From contig JADEYG010000004.1 in NCBI GenBank assembly GCA_016906335.1, forward strand, positions 496,001-560,000: 64,000 bases of DNA, in the 5' to 3' direction. Origin of the DNA: Novakomyces olei (Eukaryota). The first letter of the stretch is position 1. Each line of letters begins with the position of its first letter. Of the stretch, positions 40,190-53,110 are shown piece after piece. Under the pieces are notes generated by a model, which saw only the letters and a program-made list of their open reading frames with translations, was not told the origin of the DNA and made no database searches. The position numbers and the translations under genes are program-made.

Positions 40190-40690
40190 TTAAATTAATA
40201 TATTATATATTATTTGATATTAATTTAATTAAATATTTAATAATAATTAATAATATTAATATTATAAATATAACAAATATCTTATAAAAAAAAATTTTAA
40301 ATTTTAAATTTTTTGCACCTAATATACAGTTAACATTTATAATATTTGTTATTATTTTATTTATATTATTATATAATTTATTATTATTATTATTATGATA
40401 ATGATTATTATCATAAATTATTATACATTATTTAATATATTATTAATAACTATAATTATTATATAATATTTATATTAAACATTTAATTATATACTTTTAG
40501 TATTATATACTTAATAATATATAATAATATATTTAATATTTAATAATATATTTATTGTAAAATATAATAGTTTAAGTTAATATATTATATTTAATAATAT
40601 ATTATATTTTATATAATAATAAAATAAATTTATTGTATATATATATTTATAAGATTTTCTTAGCATATAGTGGAATTTATAATTAAGGCA
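40190..40690. other. Extremely AT-rich intergenic island
   Basis: About 500 nt almost entirely A/T, non-periodic, no CpG seen in the core. Confidence 0.9.
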
Positions 40691-40824
40691 ACGATAATCT
40701 AATTTACCTTAGGGGCAATGTAGGCATAAAAGGTAGGCCATGCACGACAAGAGCATGTCTAGCATGACTACATTATCACATGCAGCCGCGTAATTTTAAT
40801 ATATATATATATTATTGACCAGAG

Positions 40825-41647
40825 CTACCGGACTCCCTGCTGCTGCCCGCGTGGAGCCGTGTAAGCCGGCGCTGGCCGAGACGGATCCATCATTTGCCGT
40901 CTTTGCCCGGGGTCTAGACGGTAATCTTGAGTCGCGCTAGCAGAACTTTGCTTCCAATGTTAGAAAAGTAGGGGCGAATACATTACCTGTAGCTGCTGCT
41001 GCTTTTTCGCCAGCGTTTTATGCAAATGCTTTTCTAAAATAACAAGGTTACGCGTGTTGCAGCCATTGAGCCACTGCTCCGTCAGCTTATTGCGTAAACA
41101 TACGTCTGTACTCATTACCTCGACCAGACAGGATATCACCGGCAATGGTAGTGTAATCTAGGGTAAGCCGCGCTCTCGACATAGAACTGTAGTTACAATA
41201 AAATCAACGACACAGTTGCCACTCATCTTTGCAATCGTAGTCTGATCGAGCCCTAATTCTTCCGCGATACGTACTGTACGCTGGCTATTTGTCAAGCAAA
41301 GTATTGGGCCCAAGACGGGAATTATGCCTTTGCTAGTTAGACAGACCATTGAAATCTTTGGCTTACTCAAGACCGCATTTTGGCCAAAGCACGAACAAGC
41401 AACACAGCCAAGGGCATTCAAGTCTAGTCGGTGGCAGCGACGATAAACGTTACGGAAAAGCTTCCAGTCAGAATTAGAAATTCCGGGGAAAGAGTCCCGT
41501 TTGACGCCGTACGGATCCTTTTGGAACCGTTCGGCCATCACATTATTGAATTTATCAACTGCCGCATCTTGAGCGAGCGAAATTCCTTCAGATTAGAGCC
41601 AAAGTCGCGTAGTATCACTTGCCTTGGTTCTCAAGGAAAGACTGCAT
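40825..41647 (-). CDS. DUF4112 membrane protein (5 introns, first is GC-AG)
   Basis: KDPY..RCHRLD..CFG..IIPVLG..KMSGNCVVDF..CNTRNLVILEKHL; last exon uncertain. Confidence 0.75.
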
Positions 41648-42024
41648 CTAGCTGGCTCTATGTAGTCATGTACCCGATAACGCGAATTTCCTTATTTTTA
41701 AATAAACAATGGACAATGTGGGTCTACACTATTTATTGGTTTAATTGAATGGCACTTTAAATTTTATGTATTTATATTTAATTTATTTTACATGTGCTTT
41801 ATTTATAATTTTATAGTTATATTAGGTTGGTTTTACTTTACTTACTTTACTTTACTCTACTTTATATTTACTTTATATCCTATGTTTATCTGTGATGTGA
41901 TAGTCCACTAATTGTTATATACTACAAACTCAGTGTCCACATTTGCTTATATACCGCCATAGCGTACGTGTTCACAATATTATATGTGGTGATATCACTT
42001 TACGAACCATTAACCCGCCGTATC

Positions 42025-43010
42025 ATGAGTCAACGTGGAACCACCGCAAACGGCCATCCGGCCCCGTCTCTCGTTTCTGGAGGTATGAGGGTTTTCGTTT
42101 AGCGCCTGCTAATAGTATAGCTATACTGGGAGCCGCTGCAGTGGCGGCAATAGGCTACGTCGCCTTCGAGGAACGTGACCGAATCCGAAATATTGCTCAG
42201 CAAACATGGCATGATATGCAACGTGGATTCAGAGATTTTCAGGCTATTTTCGAGGAAAGAGCGCCTCATGGTGTAAGTATTGCTGCTTGTCTATGGATAT
42301 TGTATTGCTATTTATTTGCTCATTTATTTATTATTATTTTTATTATTTTTATTTTTTGCTTTCTCTTAGCAGCAGCTGCTGGCCCCCGTGTCACAAAGTC
42401 TTGCATGATAATTTTGATGTTGTATTTTGGATCTATGGTGCATATGTTTGAAAACCCGACCATGATTTGTTTAAACTAGGCTCGGTCAGAGTCGTTCTTT
42501 GCTGTTGTTGGTTTACTTTAATCAAATGGTCTGGGCTAATAAAAGGCTCGACGAAATAACGCGAGTGCCTGGACTTCGTCTACGCATACTCGTCGGGCAC
42601 GGCGGCGCCCAGGTGCAGACTCGGAATCTAACAACGATTTGATTATTTTTCAGCGGCCTCTGATGGACGAAGATGAAGAAGACACACCGGCTTCTCCAGC
42701 CCTGAATCTTGCAAGGGACAGCAGCCAAGACGAAAATGAGACAGAGGGAAAAGAGGAGCACGCAGGAGCGCAACCAAAAGCCACTGGACAAGAAAGCGAT
42801 AACAAAGAGGTTCAGGCTGCTTCAGAGACTCCTAGTTCGGTGTCTTCTGCTGCCTCCTTTGTTGATGTGCAAGAAACGCCAGGGTCGGACAGGCAAAGTG
42901 ATACAGAGAAGAGCGAAAGGAGTGATACTGAGCTGAGCAGTGCGTGGTCCGAGATCGAAGGCGAGTATGATAGCGATCGCTCGGATGATACTGTGGGAAG
43001 GAGCGAGTAG
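42025..43010 (+). CDS. Uncharacterised protein: N-terminal membrane anchor and acidic disordered tail (2 introns)
   Basis: Exons join in frame: AILGAAAVAAIGYVAF anchor, amphipathic helix, D/E/S-rich tail ending SSAWSEIEGE. Confidence 0.7.
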
Positions 43011-43337
43011 TGTTTGGGATACTTGGTCATTAATAAGAGGTTTAGGCTGGCGTTTAATTACGTACTCAATCGGAGTGGTGGGAGCTTGGTCTAGTTGTTT
43101 TTTATGCAGTTTATGCGTGTATTCAAAACGGTCTGGTGTTTAGGGCTGGGATGAAGACTGGTTTCTAGTCTGGTATTTTGTGGTGTTGCTTTATGCTGTT
43201 CTTTCTGCCTTGGCTTGTGTTGTGCAATTACGCATTTTCTTTAGTGCAAAAGGATACGTACATGATATTGATATTTATAGTTATATCATAATTATAATTA
43301 TACACATATAATAATTCATTTATCGTCCTTTCTACCC

Positions 43338-46300
43338 TTAAAATCGCCCCAAAAATATGTCGATAGACACATCTTTTCTCACTGCATTTGAATAACCTTC
43401 GTGCCACCGAATCCAAAACTGTGGTTTAGCTTCCTGCTTTTCCTGTTGCACTGTCTTGACTCGCTTTGACGTTGGTGCGTCTTGTGGGTTTGGCCGTTTG
43501 CTTTCCTTCATCCCCGGTTCGATTATTCGTCCAAAAAAGTCCCTTTTGACGGCAGTTTGACTTTTAGTCTCCCTTACAGTATTGCCCGATGATACACCAT
43601 CTGCCGCAGATTCGAGTGAGCGAGCAGCAGAAGCTGCTGCCTTGTTTTGCTGGCAGATTCTATCCATTGCTTGGGCAATAATCTGCCTTGTTCCGTACCG
43701 TGAAGGCAGACCCGGAAGCCCTGGGCCTTGGAAAGTCAGGTTCTCCAGTGGCGGATCAAGCCGCATTATATAATTGCCATCGTCTGTCTTGAGCTGCTCA
43801 TACTGCAAATTAAAATACAGCATTACCTCTGCAACGCGCACCCATCTTTTGCTATTGCTATTCGCTACAGAAAGGGCGTTATTGACAATTGTTTCACCAG
43901 TATTTTCACCGGAAACGAGTCGCACAATAAAAGGAGTCATATCAACTCTGAATCGGACGGCACTGCTATACATTCTCTGCTCACTCGGCGCTAATGAGGC
44001 TCTTAATTGCTGTAAACTGGCCTGATTGTTAGCCTCGAACTCTCGACGGGCCCAGTTCTCTCGATTTGCTGCCTGAACCTGAGCCAGCCGAGGCTTTTGC
44101 TGTGAAGCAAACATTGTATTAAACGCGGCAATTGCAAAGGGCGAGTAGTGCAAACTCAAGTCGTGCATTTCTTGGTGGAAGGCGGCTCTCTCAAGCACAT
44201 CGAGCCAGCACAGCCAATCACAGGCAGCCACTGGTTTGGAGAGCAGATCGTCATTGTGTGGCTGATGAAGGTACTGTGCAAAACACCCTTCCGCCAGTTT
44301 TGAGTACTCTCCGTTACTGGCTACAAGCATAGCCAAGTCTGGAGTCACATCTGGAGCCAGTCTTGCTTGCGGGTCGTTGGTTTTGGCACTATTAGGATTA
44401 GGGTTATCTAAATTCCTGTGGTAGACGGTCTCCCCAGCAGCACTGCCCGACTTTTTCAGGGCAAACACACTCTGCAACACTGTGATTACCGGCTTTTCTG
44501 CGTTTTTAACACCCGTCAGTTTACTCTGCAACAAGGGCAGAGTCAGTTCCTCGTTGCCTGCAGTATTCAGCATTTGCAGAGTGTTTAAACAGCTCCGCCA
44601 ATCGTTGCCGACAAGATCTGAGACTGCCGTTAGAGCACGTGGGTCAGCCGGAAACCCTTCACGTTTGCAAATAACTTGCAAGCGTCGAACAAGGACGTTT
44701 GTGCTTGGCGCGTTAACGCTTATAGTGTGCGCCAGCGGCCTTAATGACTTTAGTGCCGGGGCAAAAAGGTCGTTACAGATGCATACAATCGGTCTGCGTA
44801 AAAGGCTGTGGTAGTGTTTGCCATTTTTCTGTAATTTTCGCCGCCTTTGCCGAGCAGTAGCCGCCTGATCTGACGTTATCAGATCCACAAGAGCCCTTAT
44901 GAATCCGTTACTGCCTGCCTCTCCAGTAGCCCCGTCAATTTCGTCCAGAATAATACACGAAGGCCGGCCAAACAGAGATCGGCTAGTGGCTACTTGCCGA
45001 ACTCTATTCTTGATCACGTGGCCGCTTCTGTCGTCAGACGCATTGACTTCCAGACGCGTGTAGCCTGCATGACGCGCAAGCACGTGAGCCATCGTTGTTT
45101 TACCAAATCCCGGTGGACCGTGGATCAAAAGAACGCGTTTTGCTGGCCGGTTAAGCGGGTCCGGCTGGTCTGTTGCCGAGTCTGGTTTTGCTGGTGCATT
45201 GCTGTTGAAGCTGTTGCTACTAGTATTGTTGCCAATGTTGTTTTTGTAATTATTATTCTTATAAATATTATTGTTTCTACTAGTATTTCGCAATGAGACT
45301 TGTTCGCGTCCAAAGACGCACTGATCCCAGCTTTTGAGCCAGCGCAGTATATCACGCACATTTCGCTCATCGTTTAAAAGATCAGTCGGCTTGCAAGGCC
45401 GATACCTGTCTGTCCATAATTGCTGAGAGGATTCTGAGCCATTTCTTGTTGGTTCCGGCAGTAGGGTGTTGCCCTGTGACTGCTGTACCCTCGTAGACTC
45501 GTGCAGAGCATGCACGTCGATACCAAAAGGCAAAAGCCGGCTAGTAGATCCTTGCAGGCCCAGCTCCATACGCTCACGGGTCCTTCTTTCTTCGAGTCGA
45601 GCTGCAGATTGCTCGTCAAACAGTTGCCCGTCTCGAAGACGCGTTCTTTTCCGAGGGAAATACAAACGCCCACCGTCGGCACAGGTCGCCGTTACGTCAC
45701 GTCGAGAGACTGAAGGTAGTCTATAGTCGTAATCGTGTCTGCTCACGTCCAACATACAATAGTCGGAGCGGACTTGTGTCGCTGTAAATGCCTCTGCATC
45801 TGTTTCCTCGCTCGATGGGCCTGGCTTTGTGCCACGAGGAGAAATTTGGGAATTCAGTAAACTTTGTAAACTTTGTAAACTTTGCAATTGATCTGTTAGC
45901 GGCTCGACAGAAGTCTTTGCCGTTTGCCGGGTAGTATTCATGGTAAAATCGCCGGCAGAGGCACCAACAGTCTGACTGGAGCTTTTACCCTTTGAAACTG
46001 TGCTATAAAGGTCAAAAGAGCCGCTCCGGCTGGTCCTTTGCCGATCGGCCGTTTGCGTTTCTTCGTCTTCGAGAGCCAATAGCACAGTTGCGCTTCCTTT
46101 TAACTGTGCGCTTCCTCTTAAATGGCGCTCTCCGTCAGCAGTGGTAAAAGGCAATGTACATGTATCTGCTCTCCTATCCTCGCCACTGCTGTTTCCAGTA
46201 ACCTCCTGGCCAGCAGCGGACAGTGCCGAGCCAGCGCCTTTACTTGCTGGCTCTGTACTTTGCTCGTCCTCCAGTGCACAGAGCACACCTGACTGACCAA

Positions 46301-46397
46301 TCGCCATGCCGCGATCGTCAGTAGTGTCGGCAGCATTGCTCAAAGGCTGTGTATCCTCCAATCCGAACAGTACTACACCCGATCTCTCGGCCGCCAT
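43338..46397 (-). CDS. CTF18: RFC-like clamp loader subunit Ctf18
   Basis: LWTDRYRP, LRWLKSWD, GPPGFGKTT, EVNASDDRS, LDEIDG, RRPIVCICND, KRDFFGR, HEGYSNAVRK; ACGCGT at 46448. Confidence 0.97.
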   Translation of the reverse strand: MAAERSGVVLFGLEDTQPLSNAADTTDDRGMAIGQSGVLCALEDEQSTEPASKGAGSALSAAGQEVTGNSSGEDRRADTCTLPFTTADGERHLRGSAQLKGSATVLLALEDEETQTADRQRTSRSGSFDLYSTVSKGKSSSQTVGASAGDFTMNTTRQTAKTSVEPLTDQLQSLQSLQSLLNSQISPRGTKPGPSSEETDAEAFTATQVRSDYCMLDVSRHDYDYRLPSVSRRDVTATCADGGRLYFPRKRTRLRDGQLFDEQSAARLEERRTRERMELGLQGSTSRLLPFGIDVHALHESTRVQQSQGNTLLPEPTRNGSESSQQLWTDRYRPCKPTDLLNDERNVRDILRWLKSWDQCVFGREQVSLRNTSRNNNIYKNNNYKNNIGNNTSSNSFNSNAPAKPDSATDQPDPLNRPAKRVLLIHGPPGFGKTTMAHVLARHAGYTRLEVNASDDRSGHVIKNRVRQVATSRSLFGRPSCIILDEIDGATGEAGSNGFIRALVDLITSDQAATARQRRRKLQKNGKHYHSLLRRPIVCICNDLFAPALKSLRPLAHTISVNAPSTNVLVRRLQVICKREGFPADPRALTAVSDLVGNDWRSCLNTLQMLNTAGNEELTLPLLQSKLTGVKNAEKPVITVLQSVFALKKSGSAAGETVYHRNLDNPNPNSAKTNDPQARLAPDVTPDLAMLVASNGEYSKLAEGCFAQYLHQPHNDDLLSKPVAACDWLCWLDVLERAAFHQEMHDLSLHYSPFAIAAFNTMFASQQKPRLAQVQAANRENWARREFEANNQASLQQLRASLAPSEQRMYSSAVRFRVDMTPFIVRLVSGENTGETIVNNALSVANSNSKRWVRVAEVMLYFNLQYEQLKTDDGNYIMRLDPPLENLTFQGPGLPGLPSRYGTRQIIAQAMDRICQQNKAAASAARSLESAADGVSSGNTVRETKSQTAVKRDFFGRIIEPGMKESKRPNPQDAPTSKRVKTVQQEKQEAKPQFWIRWHEGYSNAVRKDVSIDIFLGRF

Positions 46398-46850
46398 TGG
46401 CTCAGAATCGCCGTCCCTCGTCGCGTCGCACCGCGAGCTTCTAATTTACGCGTTCACGTGTCTGCTAATAATTAATTAGTCAGGGTTTTCGGCGCTATTG
46501 AATTTTATTGATCGAAAATTTGTGTGGAAAAATTAGTCAGTCTATACACTGTATACTGTATTACTGTATTACTGTGTAAAACTTTTCGTCTTGATTAAAA
46601 ACAAGTACTAAACTAAGTTTAGTACACACTACTGCAATGGGATAATACCGATTAATGTGTGCATCGCTTCGGCATCAAAATTATCTAGACACAATCTCAT
46701 TTGTGGGGTAGTATACCGTAATAGGCAATCAGAATCGCTACACATACACAATTTTTTCTCCCAGTTTTCACGCCATTTTCTGCCCGGATCTTGCACTTTA
46801 CCGATTGCCGTTTGGACAAGAGCAAATTTTGAATTTGCCATTCACGAGCA

Positions 46851-47080
46851 ATGGGCTCTTCGGCCGAGACGGGGAACGCGGCTGGACGCTCTACGTCCTC
46901 CGCATTAGATGAGGATAAGGAGAAAAAATTGGCAGCCGAACGAAACAGTGCAGCCGACAGCGATTCAGACGAGGACTATACTCCGGCAGAAACGCGTAGA
47001 ATGGTTCGAAAACTGGACCTTATCACCTTGCCAATGATGATTGTAAGGCGCTCGGATTTGATTTAACCAGGTTTTTACTA

Positions 47081-47121
<41 letters not shown>

Positions 47122-48809
47122 GTTTGGACATTGCTGACTCTGCATAGCTCTTTTATTTTTTGTCTTTTCTCGATCGTGTTAATATCGGTATGGAAAATGG
47201 GATAATCTCAAGAAAATAATGGGAGAAAGGATTAAATACCAGATGAAACAAAAAATCCTCAATTGTCTCCATTCGCAAAGCAAAAGTACTTGTTGCTTAC
47301 CATTTATGTAGGAAACGCCCGAATTGAAGGGTTAGAAGCCGACTTGCATCTCGACGATTGGAGTTACCGTATTGCTTTGACGATACTGTACGTCCCTTAT
47401 GTTTGTACGGAAATCCCCTCCAATTTGCTGGTAAAACGTGTGGGCCCTAAAATTTGGCTGAGCTCGCTCGTGACCGTATGGGGCGTTGTCGCTACGTTGC
47501 AAGGTATCGTGCAAAATCGTGACGGCCTTTGGGCGAATCGGTTCTTTCTCGGTCTCTGTGAGGGCGGAATTTTACCTGCAATTACTCTGTATCTCAGTGG
47601 TGCCTATGTAAGAGCAGAACTGCAGCTTCGTATTGGATTCTTTTGGGCTGCTAGTTCATTGGCCGGCAGTTTAGGCGGCTTGTTGGCCGCTGCTTTAGGG
47701 TTGATGGATGGAGTCAGTGGCCTGCGAGGTTGGAGATGGATCTTTATCATCGAGGGCATTGTCACTGTGCTCTGTGGGTTACTGGGATTTTATGCCATTC
47801 CAGACTCGCCCATAAGAAGCAGATTTCTTACCAAACGCGAAACAGCTATTGCTGTTGCACGTTTACGAAGAGATGCCTCCCTGCCCAATGATATAATAAA
47901 GGCTCCTTCTGCAGCTTCGGATACGGTGCTCAAAACCGTGGATGAACAAGAGTCTTTTTCGTGGGCCGCTGTGCTTAAGCCGTTTAAAGAGTTGCATTTT
48001 TATTTGCTATGTTGCTTGGGCTTTCAAACAGGTACGTGACCGAGTATTTGTTTTAGTTTCTCTCCTATTTGAACCTGGCCATTAAATTATTTTCTCGTAC
48101 CTGTTTTAATATGCTTTAATGGGTATACACTTTTTTTGTACGGCATTTTTATTACCTCTCTCATTCTTTGTTTATATATAATTTATTTTCTTATTTCCAT
48201 TAGAACATTTTCCATATCCAATTGACTCGTTTTTTCGTTTGCTAATGAGCAGGTGTCAATGTATACTCAATCGCATATTTCCTCCCTACTATTGTCAGGT
48301 CTCTTCCTGTCGCAAGATCGAATGCTATTACGCAATTGCTCACAGTTCCTCCCTACTTTGTTGCGCTTATTTGCAGTCTGACTTGCTGCTACTTCTCTGA
48401 CCGTTATCGTCAACGTGGAATTTTCATTATTGGTCCCTTGGTTTTCGGACTAGCAGGGCTAATTATGTTTATTTCCTCCCTGAACCAGGCTGTACGCTAC
48501 GTTTCCCTTTTCCTTATGGTCGGGGGCATCTATACAGCTGTTCCGGGTTTTCTCGCTTGGTCCAGTAACAATTTTATCGGTCATTATGAGCGAGCTACTG
48601 CCTTGGGCAGCATGATTGTTTGCACAAACTCTGGTGGTCTCTGTTCCACATGGCTTTTTATGGCGTACGAGAGCCCACGGTTCACTCGTGGAACTGCTGT
48701 CAATATTGGTCTCGCTGTCTTTGGTATTCTTGTGACATTGTGCCTCGACCTTATCTATTACCGTCACAATCGGCGTACACCCGATTGCGGGTTCAAGTTT
48801 ATTATGTGA
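46851..48809 (+). CDS. MFS anion:cation symporter, Tna1/Dal5 family (3 introns)
   Basis: RKLD..LSFLDRVNIGNARIEGL, EIPSNL, RFFLGLCEGG, GWRWIFIIEG, LTVPPY; 34 nt poly-T in intron 1. Confidence 0.92.
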
Positions 48810-49751
48810 GAAGCGACTTGAGGGTGAAGCCGGGATATTTCGGTGTTAATTTATTTATTTTTTTAATTTTCTAACTATTTATTTTTTTCTTGTATTATCG
48901 TCTACATGAAACGTCTCGGCTGTCGCGATATCATCATCGGTCAAAGACTAGGGAATTCCAAAATGATTTTTGAATTCCAAATTGTGAAAGTGGTAAATTT
49001 TACCTTGTGCTTGCGGCTAGTATGTTTTAAAAAGTTTTGTATCAGACTTGATCCTTCAAAAAGTGTTTTTCGAGTATTACAAATACAAGAATGATGCTAA
49101 ATTGTTTCTGCAATCATCATTCTTGTATTTTTGTTGCTGCGTGGAAAAGGGTTAATACGCATTTGCTCTACTGGCACATGCGTATTATGTTCGTGTTAGA
49201 ATCAAAGAAAAAGTGTTGACTTGATTGATAGCGTACTAATGAAAATTTGTTTAATTACGCATTAACAATCGAGGACCAGAAAAAAGACCATAGACATCTA
49301 ATGTAAGTGGCCCGCTGCCATGATATTTGACTTTTAGGGCGGCTTGTAACATTACTTGCTCATAATAGCTCTCTTTTTGCGCTTAGCATTGCTTATAGGC
49401 CTGCCTGCTTGGCTGGATACATTACTCTGCTAACATTCTGGCTCACTAGCTTACTTATAACTGATGCGTGTCGTGAGTGTATAATCTTTGTTAAGCATCA
49501 AGCATATCTATTTAGACGCGTTTGCGCCGTATGAGCTACAAGTAATACACGTTAGGCGGCCTCCAATCTACAGCGCACTTTACCATAGAAAGTAAAAAGC
49601 TCTTTGATACATTGCAACTGAATGTGCGCTTTAGTCTACATTCTAGCCTGTGAGCAAAATTATTTTCTCTCTTTTTTATTCGAAAGTATGTTTCTCTAAA
49701 AAAACAATTATTGAAAGGAAGCGGCCGTCATTTCCGGCCCCAGTCCCCATT

Positions 49752-51350
49752 TTACTTGAGCTTGTCAATAATAGCTTGAGTATACTCGCGAGTGGAAGAA
49801 GATCCACCCAAATCACGCGTAATCGTCTTGCCCTCGGCCAGAGTACCAAAGATAGCAGCCTCCACATTGTTTGCCTCTTGGGCAAGGTTCATGTGCCGAA
49901 GCATCATAACACTAGAAAGCAAAAGGGCAGTAGGGTTGGCCAGTCCCTTTCCAGCAATATCCGGGGCAGATCCGTGGACGGCCTCAAAAATACTGGCATC
50001 ATTGCCGATATTTCCGGAAGGTGTAAGGCCGAGGCCACCAATCAAGCCAGCACACATATCAGAAACAATGTCACCATACAAGTTAGGCATAACCATGACA
50101 GTGTTAGTGTAGGGAGTCGGGTCAGTTACAATTCGCAGACAGGCATTATCTAGGTTCTCAACGGTAAGGTGAATATCAGGATAGGCTTTGGCAATTTCCC
50201 GTGCAGTTGACAGGAAAAGACCATCAGACATTTTCATGATTTGAGCCTTGTGCACTACAGTGACGTCTTTTTTGCCCACGGTTCGTGCGTATTCAAACGC
50301 GTAACGAATTACGCGTTCACTAGCCGGACGCGTAATCAACTTGATTGATTGCACAACACCGGGGACAACCTCGTGCTCAATTCCAGAGTATTCACCCTCC
50401 GTGTTTTCGCGGATAAGGACAGTATCGACATTATCATACGGCGTCTTGTATCCCTTGATGCTTCGGCAAGGACGCACGTTTGCAAACAGTTTGAAGGTAC
50501 GGCGCAGAGTCAAATTGAGAGACACGTGGCCCTTGCCTACGGGAGTAGCCAAGGGACCTTTAAGAGCTACCGTGTTTTGACGCACAGAGTGAATTGCACG
50601 TTCAGGGATAGACGTTTTGCCTGTTGTTAGTCCGAGAAAATTAATTTATTAATTAATCAAAATATTAAATTTATCAAAAATATAAAATTGTCAAAAATAT
50701 AAAATTACCAAAACAAAAATATAAAAATATAAAAATATGAAAACATAAAAACATAAAAATATATAAAAATATAAGATTATCAACAGTAAAAATAAAGAAA
50801 CAGGGAAAAGAGGTATAGTAACATTTGCAGTACAAAGAATACAAGTGCACAAATGCAAGAGATATCAGTCTCAACTCTACCCGCTTGTCGCCCATTCATT
50901 CAATGTGCTTGCAAGGTAGTACAATGTAGGCACGTAGAATGAAAGTAGCAGAAGCGGAGAAGCGATAAACAGGAGAGAAAACATAATTAAAACTGATCAA
51001 TTGCTCCTACCATCTTTGATTACGGGAGTAACGTCAACTGGGTCCCATTCAATAGGGATCTTTATTCAATTAGTATATATCACAATTGCTAAACTTACCT
51101 TTGCCGCCTTGAAAATATCGACAACGCTCTCGGAAATTTCCGTGCCGATACCATCTCCGGGGATGAGTGTTACATTGTAATTGCCGGCACTGTTCTTCTT
51201 TCCCAAGAATGAGCCTGCAATTTGGCTAGCGAACCGCAATTGCTGTACGGCCATGTTAGAAAACAAGACTTTTCCAAAAACAAATCAGCTTACAGGCTGG
51301 CGGATAGCGCCGGCAACGGTGGCGCGGCGCGAGATGCACTGGCGGAACAT
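49752..51350 (-). CDS. IDH2: Mitochondrial NAD-dependent isocitrate dehydrogenase subunit 2 (3 introns)
   Basis: [66 protein letters not shown]. Confidence 0.95.
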
Positions 51351-52102
51351 GGCAGCACGACTTTAAATCGTGGCTCTCGGGAGACAATGCGCGGGCCGGA
51401 AATTCAGAATTGCTTCCGGTTCAAGTTTGGTATATACGTATATTATTTTTGTGTGCAGTTTATAATATTAACATCGCAAGTCGGGAATACACAAGCCGGT
51501 CGTGGACAGGGTTTTCCCGAGATGCCTCGACTCTTAGCAGCACGTTTACAAGTATCAATTATAAGTAAGATAGTTATGCCACAAGGCAGTTAATCATGAT
51601 AAATTTATTACTGCCGTGCGCGACTTTTAGTTGTCCCTGTGACATTTTGTAAGCCAAAAGAGAAACTTTGGGCTGCGATGCGGGAATAAGCCAATTTAAA
51701 CCCTGGAAAATGTGAGAATAAGCCAGTTTGTACACTGGAAAATTATGCCACAGATAAATCAAAAACTGGTTTTCTAAGCGTTCTAGAGCTTGAAATTTAA
51801 GCTGAGACCGACCGTTCCGAGATATAATCATCAATTTCAAACAGCTCATGCATAAAAATCTTGACGATATTGAAATCCTAACCCTAGAAATATATATTCC
51901 TTATAGCGGAGCCGTAGGATCAAGTCTCCTCTTGACCAGACTTACTATTGAAAAAAGATCAAATAGGTGGAGTAATATGTAAAATAGTCCTTTGTCTAAC
52001 TAATAAGTTTGCTCGCCATTTCTCTTTTATTATTTTTTTTTTTTCTTTTTTATTGATTAAAATAATCAAAATCATCACACTGATCAGGACATGCTCGACT
52101 GG

Positions 52103-53110
52103 TCAAAGGTTGGGGAATTGGGGAAACGCACCCAATGCTGTAGGAGCTTTAAAATTCCAGGACAAAAGCTCAGGTACGTCTTCCCTCTTATAAGAATAGA
52201 ATACCCAGCCAGAAATTATCTCGGCTGCATCCATTTGTGCCTCTATAAACATTCGCATATCATTAAGCTGGAGTTGAGGAATTGGCCACGTCTGATGCAC
52301 ATCCTCTTTTCCAATCATACAAAATGAATCCCTTGTTGTGGACGTGAAAACATTATTCTCGTCGTCCTCATATACTTCGTAGGGCGCTATTTTGCAACCA
52401 CTCAAGTAGGCCGTAAACTGCCCCATAACAAACTTGAACCCGTCTGTCTCTTCTTGACTCATTCTAATACCCATAGAGCAGACAGATTTATTTTTTCTCT
52501 CAAAGTCGGCCGATGACGGGATTTTGGCGGATCATTATGCAGATCAAAAATAAGGCCACGTGCATCTGGCAGGCTTTCCATGATGAAATCTTACCAGTGT
52601 GTCAAGGGTAAGTCTCCAGTCTGCACAACAAAGCCAAAGCCATACTTTTCGTTTTCTCTTGATATTCTTATAGGCAGTTTTGTAGTACGACTGTACTTTT
52701 TTCCAGTTAAGATTCTTCACCGACGGCTCGTTCATAATTTCGATTCCCGCAATAACGTCATCATAATAGTCATTTTTTACATATTGCTCCACAATCTTAT
52801 CGATTACCAGATCCGAATGCTTCATGCATTCGTCCGTCGTCCAATTCGCATAACTACGTCGTCCCAAGTCTACTAGGCCATTCTGAGACCCCGGCAAACC
52901 GTGGAGATCAATCCAGACTTTTAAACCTAGAGTTTGCACCTTTCAAGGGCCTGGTCGAGGTACTTTTGTGCGCCAGAAACGTAAGGCTCGCCCTCCATAA
53001 GCTCAAACGCCCAGTAACCGACAGGAATGCAAACAAGGTTGAACCCGTACCCGTCTATTGCCTCAAAGTCATGTTGACTGATAAAAGTTTCCCGGTGATA
53101 TTCTAATCTC
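52103..53110 (-). pseudogene. Disrupted GH5 exo-1,3-beta-glucanase (Exg1-like)
   Basis: GFNLVCIPVGYWAF, GLKVWIDLHGLPGSQNG, IEIMNEP, FIEAQMDA..GWVF present; frameshift near 52940; nucleophile motif reads GQF; N-terminal motif not found. Confidence 0.82.
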
